A stretch of DNA of 64,000 nt from an uncultured Actinomycetes bacterium (GTDB taxonomy: Bacteria; Actinomycetota; Actinomycetes; Streptosporangiales; Streptosporangiaceae). Location: the NCBI GenBank assembly GCA_963741615.1, contig CAVUIU010000001.1:6185-70184 (forward strand), written 5' to 3'. Both the position numbers and the translations under genes were made by a program. This document shows, piece after piece, positions 37,867-46,599 of this stretch (position 1 is the first letter of the stretch; each line of letters opens with the position of its first letter). The notes beneath the pieces are model-generated. The model searched no databases. It saw only the letters and a list, made by a program, of their open reading frames with translations, and was not told the origin of the DNA.

Positions 37867-38394
37867 ATGACTATAGATGAACAGACTGATTCCGCCGGGC
37901 CGGGCGGCGAGTCTGGTGGGCGGGGGGCGGCCCCGACCATGGAGTTCCGGCTCGATCCCGGCTCGGGCGTGCCGACCTACCTGCAGCTGGTGCAGCAGGT
38001 CGAGCACGCCCTCCGGCTCGGTTACCTCGGCCAGGGCGACCGGCTGCCGACGGTGAAAGAGGTAGTCAGCTCCCTGGCCATCAACCCGAACACGGTGCTG
38101 AAGGCCTACCGCGAGCTCGAGCACAGGGGCCTCGCGGCCGGCCTGCCGGGGCAGGGCACGTTCGTGCAGGCCACCCCGGGCACGGTCGGGCTGCCGGAGC
38201 TGGCCGCGTTGCGCAGGACCCTGCTGGCCTGGCTGCGCACCGCCGACGCCGCCGGGCTCGACGAGGCGGGGATGGTCGCGCTGTTCACCAGCGCGCTGCG
38301 GGATTTTCATGACCGTCGCGGCGAAGCACCGGTGCCTGGCTCCGGTGACGGCGGCGGCCAGGCGGGCCGGCGTACGGCGGGGGGAGTGGCATGA
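37867..38394 (+). CDS. GntR-family (YtrA-like, short effector domain) transcriptional regulator
   Basis: wHTH block PTYLQLVQQVEHALRLGYLGQGDRLPTVKEVVSSLAINPNTVLKAYRELE. ATGA overlap with the downstream ABC ATPase gene. Confidence 0.85.
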   Translation: MTIDEQTDSAGPGGESGGRGAAPTMEFRLDPGSGVPTYLQLVQQVEHALRLGYLGQGDRLPTVKEVVSSLAINPNTVLKAYRELEHRGLAAGLPGQGTFVQATPGTVGLPELAALRRTLLAWLRTADAAGLDEAGMVALFTSALRDFHDRRGEAPVPGSGDGGGQAGRRTAGGVA

Positions 38395-39314
38395 ACGTCA
38401 TCGAGACCTCGGGGCTCGGCAAGCGTTACGGGCGGACCTGGGCGCTGAAGGACGCCGCGCTCGCGATCCCGGCTGGCTACGTGGTGGCGCTGGTCGGCCC
38501 GAACGGAGCCGGCAAGACCACCCTGCTGCACATGTCGGTGGGGCTGACCAGGCCGACGGCCGGCCAGATCACGGTGCTGGGCAGTGAGCCCGCCGGGTCG
38601 CCGACCGCGCTGGACCAGATCGCGTTCGTGGCCCAGGACGCGCCGCTGTACCGGAACCTGCCGGTGGCCGACATGCTGCACCTGACCCGGAACCTGAACC
38701 GGCGCTGGGACCAGCGGCGCGCCGAGACCAGGCTGAAGGAGCTGAGCATCCCGCTGGACCGCAAGGTCGGCAAGCTGTCCGGCGGCCAGCAGGCCCAGCT
38801 CGCGCTCACGCTCGCCCTGGCCAGGCGCCCCCGCCTGCTGGTTCTCGACGAGCCGCTCGCCAGCCTCGACCCGCTGGCCCGGCACGACTTCATGGCCTCG
38901 CTCATGGCGGCGGTGGCCGAGGACGGCTTGTCGGTGGTGCTGTCCTCGCACGTCATCGCCGACCTGGAGCGGGTCGCCGACTACCTGATCGTGCTGTCCC
39001 TCGGCCAGGTACAGGTCGCGGGAGAGGTAGAGGAACTGCTGGCCGTCCACGCCGTGCTGACCGGCCCGGCGACGGCGGCCGACGATGTGGCCGGACGGCT
39101 GGCGGTGGTCTACGCCCGCCGCGCCGGGACCGCGGCGCACCTGCTGGTCAGGAACAGGGGAGCGGCCGAGCCGGCGCCGCCCGGATGGGAAGCCGGCCGG
39201 GTGAGCCTGGAGGAACTCGTCCTGGCCTACCTGCGCGAGCCCGGCGCCGCCGCGCTGCCGGGGCCCGCGGCCGCCACGGCGCGGGCCACGCACGACACCG
39301 GGATCCCGGCGTGA
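38391..39314 (+). CDS. ABC transporter ATP-binding protein
   Basis: Walker A GPNGAGKTT, signature LSGGQQ, Walker B LLVLDEP. Confidence 0.9.
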   Translation: MNVIETSGLGKRYGRTWALKDAALAIPAGYVVALVGPNGAGKTTLLHMSVGLTRPTAGQITVLGSEPAGSPTALDQIAFVAQDAPLYRNLPVADMLHLTRNLNRRWDQRRAETRLKELSIPLDRKVGKLSGGQQAQLALTLALARRPRLLVLDEPLASLDPLARHDFMASLMAAVAEDGLSVVLSSHVIADLERVADYLIVLSLGQVQVAGEVEELLAVHAVLTGPATAADDVAGRLAVVYARRAGTAAHLLVRNRGAAEPAPPGWEAGRVSLEELVLAYLREPGAAALPGPAAATARATHDTGIPA

Positions 39315-40336
39315 CCGCCGTCACCGCGCCCAGGCCGGCCGGCGGCCGGCGCCCGGTGCCCTGGACCAGGCTGGCGTGGGTCACCTGGCGGCAGCACCGG
39401 GTGGCGCTGGCCGGGGTGGCCGTCCTGCTCGGTGGCGTGGGCCTGTACCTGCTGATCATGGGCCTGAAGATCCACAGCGGCTACGCCAGCGTGGTGTCCT
39501 GCCACCCGGCCAGGTCCGCGGCCTGCCAGCTGGCCGGCCAGCTGTTCAACAACGACTACTACCCCACCGCGCAGATCGTGACCGGCATCTTGCAGGTGAT
39601 CCCCGTGCTCGTCGGGGTGTTCGTCGGCGGGCCGGTGCTGGCCCGGGAGCTGGAGACCGGGACGTTCCGGTTCGCCTGGACCCAGGGGTGCGGGCGGATG
39701 CGCTGGGCGTTCGCCAAGCTGGCGCCGCTCGCCGTCGCGGTCACCGTGGCGGCGGAGGCGTTCAGCCTGCTGTTCTCCTGGTACTTCCAGCCGTGGTTCG
39801 CCGAACGCCTGGACGGCGCGCTCGCGCCCCAGCTGTTCGACCTGCGCGGGATCGACTTCGCCGCGTGGGCGCTGCTGGCCTTCGCGCTCGGCGTTCTCGC
39901 CGGGGCGCTGATCAGGCGCACGGTGCCCGCCATGGCCGGCTCGCTGGCCGCCTGGACCGGGATCTTCTTCGGGACCTTCATGTTCGCGCGCAAGCACTAC
40001 CAGGCGCCGCTGGTCGCCGGGGGCGCCAAGGCCAGCACCCCCGGCTTCGGCCTCAACTGGACGTGGGCCCAGTGGTACACCGGCCCGAACGGCAAGCCGG
40101 TGAGCCAGGAGGCGATCCGGAACGTGGTGGCGCACGCACCGGGATCGGTGCAGAACTCGCAGAACCCGAACGCGGCGACGGCCTACCTCTCCGCCCACCA
40201 TTACACGCAGTGGTGGAGCTACCAGCCGGTGAGCAGGTACTGGCACTTCCAGCTCATCGAGGGTGGCTGGCTGCTCGCACTGTCCCTGATCCTGCTCGCG
40301 GCCACCGTCTGGCTGGTCCGCAACAAGGCCGCCTGA
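39311..40336 (+). CDS. ABC-2-type transporter permease
   Basis: GTG 39311 overlaps the ATPase stop (GTGA). About six hydrophobic segments plus a large extracytoplasmic loop. The track ORF start at 39185 lies inside the ATPase gene. Confidence 0.7.
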   Translation: MTAVTAPRPAGGRRPVPWTRLAWVTWRQHRVALAGVAVLLGGVGLYLLIMGLKIHSGYASVVSCHPARSAACQLAGQLFNNDYYPTAQIVTGILQVIPVLVGVFVGGPVLARELETGTFRFAWTQGCGRMRWAFAKLAPLAVAVTVAAEAFSLLFSWYFQPWFAERLDGALAPQLFDLRGIDFAAWALLAFALGVLAGALIRRTVPAMAGSLAAWTGIFFGTFMFARKHYQAPLVAGGAKASTPGFGLNWTWAQWYTGPNGKPVSQEAIRNVVAHAPGSVQNSQNPNAATAYLSAHHYTQWWSYQPVSRYWHFQLIEGGWLLALSLILLAATVWLVRNKAA

Positions 40337-40738
40337 GCCCGGGCGAGCTGGCGCATCCGCCGCTGCTGGCCCGGGATCCAAGGGCCGGGCCGTCGGCGAG
40401 GGTCCGGGAGCTCAGCGCCCTAGGATGCCGCGGCCGGCCGGTGGCGGCGGCAGACGGTCTGGTGCGGCTGCGCTGGGAGATGGGAGAGGGGCCCCAAGGC
40501 GCTACTTAACATAATGCACATTATCGGCACAACGAGAGCGGGGCCCGCGCACCGGACCGGGGCCGGGGTTGAGTGTGATGCGCCGTGTCGAATGCTCTGA
40601 CGGCAGCTGACGGCGCCGGATCGCCAGCGGCTTCCGGCCCGCCGGGAAATGCCGCGGCCACGAGCCGGCAGGCCGCTCGGCATGGTCCGGGCTCCGCGGG
40701 CGGGACCGCCCGCCGCGGTTCCGGCAACCGCCTTCTAT

Positions 40739-40769
40739 TTGCTACGTGTATACTCTGAGTGTATTCTCT
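40739..40769 (+). promoter_or_regulatory. Putative padR promoter (TTGCTA-17 nt-TATTCT) overlapped by the direct repeat GTGTAT[A/T]CTCT x2
   Basis: Repeats at 40746-40756 and 40759-40769. The -10-like TATTCT at 40762-40767 ends 7 nt before ATG 40775, so the transcript may be leaderless. This is an AT-rich island in GC-rich DNA. Confidence 0.4.
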
Positions 40770-40774
40770 CAGGT

Positions 40775-41299
40775 ATGAGCGTTCCGCTGACTTTGCTGGG
40801 CCTGCTGGAGCGAGAGCCGAGTCACGGCTATGACCTCAAGCGGGATTACGACACCTGGTTCGGCCGCGGCAAGCCGCTCCCCTACGGCCAGGTCTACGCG
40901 ACCTTGTCCCGGCTGGCCCGCGACGGCAAGGCGATCGCCGGGCCGGCCGAGCACGGTGAGGGGCCGGACCGCAAGCGGTATGCGATCACCCAGGCAGGCA
41001 TCGCCGATGTCGAGCGGTGGCTGTCCGAGCCGACCCCGGCCGAGCCGCACCTGCAGACGGTGCTGTTCGCCAAGGTCGTGCTGGCGCTGATGCTGGACCG
41101 CCCGGCCGGCCGCTACCTCGATGCCCAGCGCGCGGCGCACCTGCAGCGAATGCGCGAGCTCACCGGCCTGAAGGAGCGGGGCGACCTGATGGGCACCCTG
41201 CTGGCCGACTACGGCCTCTACCACCTGGAGGCGGACCTGCGGTGGATCGATCACGCCGCGGCCCGGCTGGACATGCTCGCCCAGGAGGTGCGCCAGTGA
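40775..41299 (+). CDS. PadR-family transcriptional regulator
   Basis: N-terminal LTLLGLLEREPSHGYDLKRDY...YATLSRLARDG...RKRYAITQAG is a classic PadR wHTH. The track ORF start at 40649 is upstream of the promoter-like AT island. Confidence 0.85.
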   Translation: MSVPLTLLGLLEREPSHGYDLKRDYDTWFGRGKPLPYGQVYATLSRLARDGKAIAGPAEHGEGPDRKRYAITQAGIADVERWLSEPTPAEPHLQTVLFAKVVLALMLDRPAGRYLDAQRAAHLQRMRELTGLKERGDLMGTLLADYGLYHLEADLRWIDHAAARLDMLAQEVRQ

Positions 41300-42039
41300 C
41301 CGGGGGGCAGGCACCGGGCGGGGCCGCCGTGGCCGCCATGCCGGCGCCGGTCGTCGAGGCGCGCGGCGTGGTCAAGTCGTTCGGCCCGACGCCTGCGCTG
41401 CGCGGCGCCACGATGGCGGCGGCCCCAGGCGAGATCGTGGCGGTGATGGGCCCGAGCGGGTCGGGCAAGTCGACGCTGCTGCACTGCCTGGCCGGCATTC
41501 TCACCCCGGACGACGGCGAGGTCTGGTTCGCCGGGCAGCGGCTGGACACCGCGGGCGAGATCCAGCGCAGCGAGCTGCGCCGGGACCGGTTCGGGTTCGT
41601 GTTCCAGTCCGGCCAGCTCGTCCCGGAGCTGACGGCCGAGGAGAACGTCGCCCTGCCGCTGCTGCTGGGCGGTACCCGCCGGGCCGCCGCGCTGGCCGAA
41701 GCCAGGGCCTGGTGCGGCAGGCTCGGCCTGGACGGCCTGGGGCACCGGCGGTCCGGGGAGCTGTCCGGCGGGCAGGCGCAGCGGGTCGCGCTGGCCCGGG
41801 CCATGGTCACCGGGCCGCAGGTGCTGTTCGCCGACGAGCCGACCGGCTCATTGGACTCGGTGGCCGGGGAGCTGGTGATGAGCCTGATGACCCGGGCTGC
41901 CCGCGAGCAGGGCACCACGGTGATCCTGGTGACGCACGACGCACGGGTAGCCGCCTACGCCGGCCGGGAGGTCATCGTCCGCGACGGCACGGTCAGCTCG
42001 CTCACCGCGGCGGCCCTGTCCTCCGGCCAGGCACTGTGA
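41296..42039 (+). CDS. ABC transporter ATP-binding protein (MacB/FtsE-like)
   Basis: GTG 41296 overlaps the padR stop (GTGA). GPSGSGKST, LSGGQAQRVALARA, LFADEPTGSLD. Confidence 0.9.
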   Translation: MTGGQAPGGAAVAAMPAPVVEARGVVKSFGPTPALRGATMAAAPGEIVAVMGPSGSGKSTLLHCLAGILTPDDGEVWFAGQRLDTAGEIQRSELRRDRFGFVFQSGQLVPELTAEENVALPLLLGGTRRAAALAEARAWCGRLGLDGLGHRRSGELSGGQAQRVALARAMVTGPQVLFADEPTGSLDSVAGELVMSLMTRAAREQGTTVILVTHDARVAAYAGREVIVRDGTVSSLTAAALSSGQAL

Positions 42040-44345
42040 TCCGCCTCGGCCTGCGGCTGGCGGTCAGCGGCGGCCGTGAGGCCGTCACCCGCCTGGTCAT
42101 CATGGCCGCCGCGGTCGGGATCGGCGCCGGCCTGCTGCTGACCGCCGTCTCGGCCGTCAACGCCGTCGGCGTGCAGAACGGCCGCTACGCCTGGCTGGAC
42201 ACGGGGGCGCAGAAGTATTCGCCCTACCCATCGCCGACGGGCTTCGGCGGGAGGCACGGTGGCCCGGCAGCACCATTGTGGGGGCTGATCAGCACCGACG
42301 AGTTCGGCGGGCAGAGCATTTACCGGGTCGACGCCGCGGCCACCGGCGCTACCTCACCGGTGCCGCCGGGGATCCCCCGCGACCCCGGGCCGGGCCAGTA
42401 CTACGTCTCCCCCGCGCTCGGCGCGCTGCTGCGCAGTACCCCGGCCGGCGAGCTCGCGGACCGCTACCCCGGGCACCAGGCGGGCCTCATCGGCGAGGCG
42501 GGCCTGCCGTCCCCCGGCTCGCTGGTCATCGTCGTCGGCCGCTCCGCCGCGCAGATGTCGCACCTGCCCGGCGCCGCGAAGGTGACCAGCCTCAACACCA
42601 CTGCGCCCAGCGGCTGCGGCATTCTGAACAGCTGCGTGATCCGGGGCGGCCTCAGCTCGGGAGGCGTCGACCTTGTCCTGTCGGTGGTCGCGCTGGCGCT
42701 CCTGCTGCCGGTGCTGATCCTCATCGGCACGGCCACCCGGTTGTCCGCGGCCCGCCGGGAGCAGCGGTTCGCCGCGATGCGGCTGGTCGGCGCGACGCCC
42801 AGGCAGATCTCGCTGATCGCGGCCGTGGAGTCCACCCTGGCCGCGGTGGCCGGCGTGGCCGCAGGCTTCGGCCTGTTCTTCGTGCTGCGGGTGCCACTGG
42901 CGGCTATCCCGTTCACCGGCCAGCCGTTCTTCCCCGCCGAGCTGTCGCTCAGCCTGCCCGACATCCTCGCGGTCGCGGTCGGCGTGCCGGCGGCCTGCGC
43001 CGTCGTGGCCCGGCTGGCGCTGCGGCGGGTGAACATCTCCCCGCTGGGCGTCACCCGCCGGGTGACCCCGGCGCCGCCGCGAGCCTGGCGGGTGCTCCCG
43101 CTGCTGGCAGGCCTGGCCGGCCTCGGGTACTTCGCCGTCCACGGCAAGCCGGCCAGCAATTCCGCGCAGGTCCTGGTGTTCCTGCCCGGCTTCGCGCTGA
43201 TCATGATCGGCCTGGTCATCGCGGGGCCATGGCTGACGATGGCCGGAGCCCGGGTCATGGCCCGGCGCGCCAGCCGCCCCGCGGGGCTGATCGCCGCGCG
43301 GCGGCTGGCCGACGACCCGCGGGCCGCGTTCCGGGCGGTCAGCGGCCTGGTCCTGGCGCTGTTCATCTTCACCGTGACCGCCGCGCTGATCACCACGCAG
43401 GACACCAAGCGCGCCGCACCGGCCGGCGGCGCGGCGGCCAGCAACACCCTCGTCGACCAGTTGTCGACGGGCCCTGGCAACGGATCGGCGGTGGGATCCG
43501 CGCCGCCCCCGCCCGCAACGGTGCTGACCCGGCTGCGGCAGATCTCCGGCGTCCAGGGCATCGTCGAGTTCCGGGCCGGCCCACGGCTGACCATATCCAG
43601 CCCGCAGCTGGGCATCTCGCCGGGCTCCCCGGCCTCGGTGGTGTCATGCGCCCAGCTCGCGAGCACTCCTGGTCTCGGCCGGTGCCCGGCGGGGGCGGCA
43701 GCGGCGAAGGTCCCCGTCTCCCTCACCGACATCTGGGGCGGCAACCTGGCGCAGGCCACCTGGCCGGCCGCGGATGTCCCCGCCCGGCGGCTGGACAGCC
43801 TCCCGCTGAGCAGCCTGAACGTTACGACGAACGGGTCGGAGCCCGCGATCGAACAGGCCAGAACGGTACTGGAGAACGCCTACCCGACAGGCACCGGCTC
43901 ACCGCCGCCGCAAACGCTCGGCGAGGCCACTGCGGTGGATAACGGGGCGGACAGCGCCTACCAGCAGCTCGCCGACGTGGTGATCCTGACCAGCCTGACC
44001 ATCGCCGGCTGCACTCTCGCGACCAGCGTGGCGGGCGGGCTGGCCGACCGCAAGCGCCCGTTCAGCCTGCTGCGGCTCACCGGAGCCCGGCTCGGCACGC
44101 TGCGCCGCGTCATCGTCCTGGAAAGCGCGGTCCCGCTGCTCGCCGTCGCAGCGGTCGCGATCGGTGCCGGGTTCGGCGCCTCGGCGATGTACGCGACTCT
44201 GGAGATGAGGCTCTCCCTGGTAGCGCCGGGCGCCGCTTACTTCGCCATGACCTGCGCCGGGATCGTGCTGGCCCTCGGCGTCATCGTGGCCACGTTCCCG
44301 CTGCTGCGCCGCATCACCGGACCGGAGACCGCCAGAAACGAGTGA
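42036..44345 (+). CDS. FtsX-like ABC permease (two FtsX modules, large extracellular regions)
   Basis: GTG 42036 overlaps the ATPase stop (GTGA). 769 aa with clusters of TM helices at both ends and in the middle. Confidence 0.8.
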   Translation: MIRLGLRLAVSGGREAVTRLVIMAAAVGIGAGLLLTAVSAVNAVGVQNGRYAWLDTGAQKYSPYPSPTGFGGRHGGPAAPLWGLISTDEFGGQSIYRVDAAATGATSPVPPGIPRDPGPGQYYVSPALGALLRSTPAGELADRYPGHQAGLIGEAGLPSPGSLVIVVGRSAAQMSHLPGAAKVTSLNTTAPSGCGILNSCVIRGGLSSGGVDLVLSVVALALLLPVLILIGTATRLSAARREQRFAAMRLVGATPRQISLIAAVESTLAAVAGVAAGFGLFFVLRVPLAAIPFTGQPFFPAELSLSLPDILAVAVGVPAACAVVARLALRRVNISPLGVTRRVTPAPPRAWRVLPLLAGLAGLGYFAVHGKPASNSAQVLVFLPGFALIMIGLVIAGPWLTMAGARVMARRASRPAGLIAARRLADDPRAAFRAVSGLVLALFIFTVTAALITTQDTKRAAPAGGAAASNTLVDQLSTGPGNGSAVGSAPPPPATVLTRLRQISGVQGIVEFRAGPRLTISSPQLGISPGSPASVVSCAQLASTPGLGRCPAGAAAAKVPVSLTDIWGGNLAQATWPAADVPARRLDSLPLSSLNVTTNGSEPAIEQARTVLENAYPTGTGSPPPQTLGEATAVDNGADSAYQQLADVVILTSLTIAGCTLATSVAGGLADRKRPFSLLRLTGARLGTLRRVIVLESAVPLLAVAAVAIGAGFGASAMYATLEMRLSLVAPGAAYFAMTCAGIVLALGVIVATFPLLRRITGPETARNE

Positions 44346-44408
44346 TGTGTCCGTCTGCGGCACCTCCGTTCGTCCTCACGACAAAGCTGGCATCCGGCCG
44401 GCCAATCG

Positions 44409-44831
44409 ATGGGACACCCCATGTTCATTCACCAGGAAGCCACCATCAACGCCGACCCGCAGGCCGTCTACGACGTGCTGACCGACGGCCAGAAGTTCGC
44501 CGCCGCCACCGGCATGCCTGCGCAGATCAGCGACCGCGAGGGCGAGACGTTCACTCTCTTCGGCGGCCGGGTGGAGGGCCGCCAGATCGAGCTTGTCCCC
44601 GGCCAGCGCATCGTGCAGGCATGGCGATTCGGCGCCGCGCACCCCTCGTGCTGGGACGCCGGTGTGTACTCGGTCGTCCGTTTCACGCTCAGCGGCCAGG
44701 AGGACGGCACCCGCTTCATCATCGACCACACCGGCGTGCCGCCGGAGTGGCGCGACCACATCTCCACCGGCTACCCCAGCTTCTACCAGCAGCCGCTGGA
44801 GCGATACTTCGCCGACCTGGCCAGGCCCTAG
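44409..44831 (+). CDS. SRPBCC / AHSA1-domain protein
   Basis: 140-aa ORF. The pattern IHQEATINADPQAVYDVLTD ... VQAWRF ... fits the Aha1/START-like fold families. Confidence 0.75.
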   Translation: MGHPMFIHQEATINADPQAVYDVLTDGQKFAAATGMPAQISDREGETFTLFGGRVEGRQIELVPGQRIVQAWRFGAAHPSCWDAGVYSVVRFTLSGQEDGTRFIIDHTGVPPEWRDHISTGYPSFYQQPLERYFADLARP

Positions 44832-44844
44832 GGCCGGACGCCGG

Positions 44845-44885
44845 GCTGTCGGTGCCGGATCGCCACCACGGGCGGCACCGACAGC
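44845..44885. terminator. Hairpin between the convergent SRPBCC and sigma-factor genes
   Basis: 13-bp perfect arms GCTGTCGGTGCCG / CGGCACCGACAGC with a 15-nt loop. Confidence 0.5.
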
Positions 44886-44904
44886 ATCCCCGGGTGAAGG
44901 TCAG

Positions 44905-46095
44905 TCAGTCGCGGGGTTTCAAGTCCGCGAGGCGAGCTCGGAGGAAGCGCCGCTCGGGATCGGTCTGCGCGAGGTCCAGCGCCCGCTGGTACGCGCGGCC
45001 GGCGTCGCTGTGGCGGCCGGCGCGGCGTAGCAGGTCGGCGTGGGTCGAGTGGAAGTAGCGGTAGTGGTCGAGCTCGAGGGTGTCGAGGATGGCGAGCGCG
45101 GCCTCGGGCCCGTGGATTTCGGCGATGGCGATCGCCCGGTTCATCTCGACGATCGGGGACCCGGTTTGCCGGGCGAGAGTCTGGTAGAGCGCAGCGATCT
45201 GCGGCCAGTCGCGAGGCTGGTGCAGGTGCAGCTCGGCGATGGCTGCCTGCACGACGTACGGCCCGGTGTGCCCACGGGTCAGCGCGGCCGTCAGGATCTG
45301 GCGCCCTTCCGCTATCCGCTGTCCGTTCCACAGGGTGCGGTCCTGCTCGTCGAGGGGTACGACCTGCCCGTCCCGGATCCGGGCGGGCAGGCGCGCGTCA
45401 TGCAGGAGCATGAGCGCGAGCAGCGCAAGGGCCTCGCCTTCGTCGGGCATGAGCTCGGCGAGAGCCCGGCCCAGCTGGATCGCCTCGGCGGCCAGGTCGA
45501 TCCGGCCGCCGCCCCAGCCTTCATTGAAGATCAGGTACACGACGGCGAGGACGGCCGCGAGCCGGTCGGGGAGCTGGTGATCCGGCGGCACGGCGAACGG
45601 GATGCGCGCATCCCGGATCTTGTGCTTGGCTCGGGTCAGCCGCTTGCTCATCGTCTCGAACGGGACGAGAAAGGCGAGTGCGATCTCCTCGGTCGAGAGG
45701 CCGCCGAGGGCGCGCAGGGTGAGCGCCACCTGCACGTCGAGGGCGAGCGCCGGGTGGCAGCACGTGAAGATCAGCTCGAGCCGTTCGTCGGGAATGACGG
45801 CGGCGGCGGGGTCGTGCATGGCTGCCTCCGGGACGGCCTCGAGGTCACGCGCGAGCAGCTTCGTCTTCGCCGCCAGCACCTGCTGACGGCGGATCCGGTC
45901 GATGGCACGGTTGCGGGCAGTCGCGACGAGCCAGCCGACCGGGTTGGCCGGCTCTCCATCACGCGGCCAGCGCTCCGCCGCGCGGGCGAACGCGTCGGCA
46001 GCCGCTTCCTCGGCCAGTTCGATGTCGCCGAATACCCCGGTCAGGGTCGCTAGCACGCGACCCCAGTGCTCGCGGAAGACGGCGTCAAGCGCCAT
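44905..46095 (-). CDS. ECF-type sigma-70 family factor with a long (~220 aa) C-terminal helical extension
   Basis: Region 2 ([30 protein letters not shown]) and region 4 ([18 protein letters not shown]) are followed by a TPR-like tail. Translationally overlaps the upstream YCII gene by 11 nt. Confidence 0.85.
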   Translation of the reverse strand: MALDAVFREHWGRVLATLTGVFGDIELAEEAAADAFARAAERWPRDGEPANPVGWLVATARNRAIDRIRRQQVLAAKTKLLARDLEAVPEAAMHDPAAAVIPDERLELIFTCCHPALALDVQVALTLRALGGLSTEEIALAFLVPFETMSKRLTRAKHKIRDARIPFAVPPDHQLPDRLAAVLAVVYLIFNEGWGGGRIDLAAEAIQLGRALAELMPDEGEALALLALMLLHDARLPARIRDGQVVPLDEQDRTLWNGQRIAEGRQILTAALTRGHTGPYVVQAAIAELHLHQPRDWPQIAALYQTLARQTGSPIVEMNRAIAIAEIHGPEAALAILDTLELDHYRYFHSTHADLLRRAGRHSDAGRAYQRALDLAQTDPERRFLRARLADLKPRD

Positions 46096-46426
46096 GGAAC
46101 AGCGCTTCGAAGACGGGCCGCACCTCGATCGCGCCGCCGGTCCGGGCGTCCTGCAGTTCCTGTGCCACTTCGAGCGCTCCGTCGAGGTTCTCCGCCTCGA
46201 TCACGATCAGCCCGGCGAGGTACTCCTTGCTGTCGATGAACGGGCCGTCTGTCAGCAGCGTCTTGCCCTCGCTGTGTCGCAGCGTCGTCGCCGACTCGTC
46301 GGAGTGAAGGCGGGCCCAGCCGCTGACGTACGGGCGGGCGAGCACCTCGACGATGGCGCCGTCGATCGGACCTGCCGCCTCGCGCGGCGTAGCGGGGCGG
46401 CCGTAGGCCAGCAGTGCGTACTGCAT
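46085..46426 (-). CDS. YCII-related domain protein
   Basis: 113 aa from ATG 46426 (MQYALLAYG ... [27 protein letters not shown]). The upstream 65 codons of the track ORF are Arg-rich and implausible. Confidence 0.8.
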   Translation of the reverse strand: MQYALLAYGRPATPREAAGPIDGAIVEVLARPYVSGWARLHSDESATTLRHSEGKTLLTDGPFIDSKEYLAGLIVIEAENLDGALEVAQELQDARTGGAIEVRPVFEALFHGA

Positions 46427-46599
46427 CAGTCCTCCAGCAAAGGTTTCCGGGCCGTTTCGAGTATCAGACGAACGGGCGCGCCGCGGACGGACATGCCCCG
46501 GGAGAATTCTGCGGCGAGCGTGTCCGTCTGGCGTCCGGCCGTTCGTCACCGCTGCAGATCCGCCCCGAGGTGGCGGCACGCGGCGAAGGAGCCGAGCTG

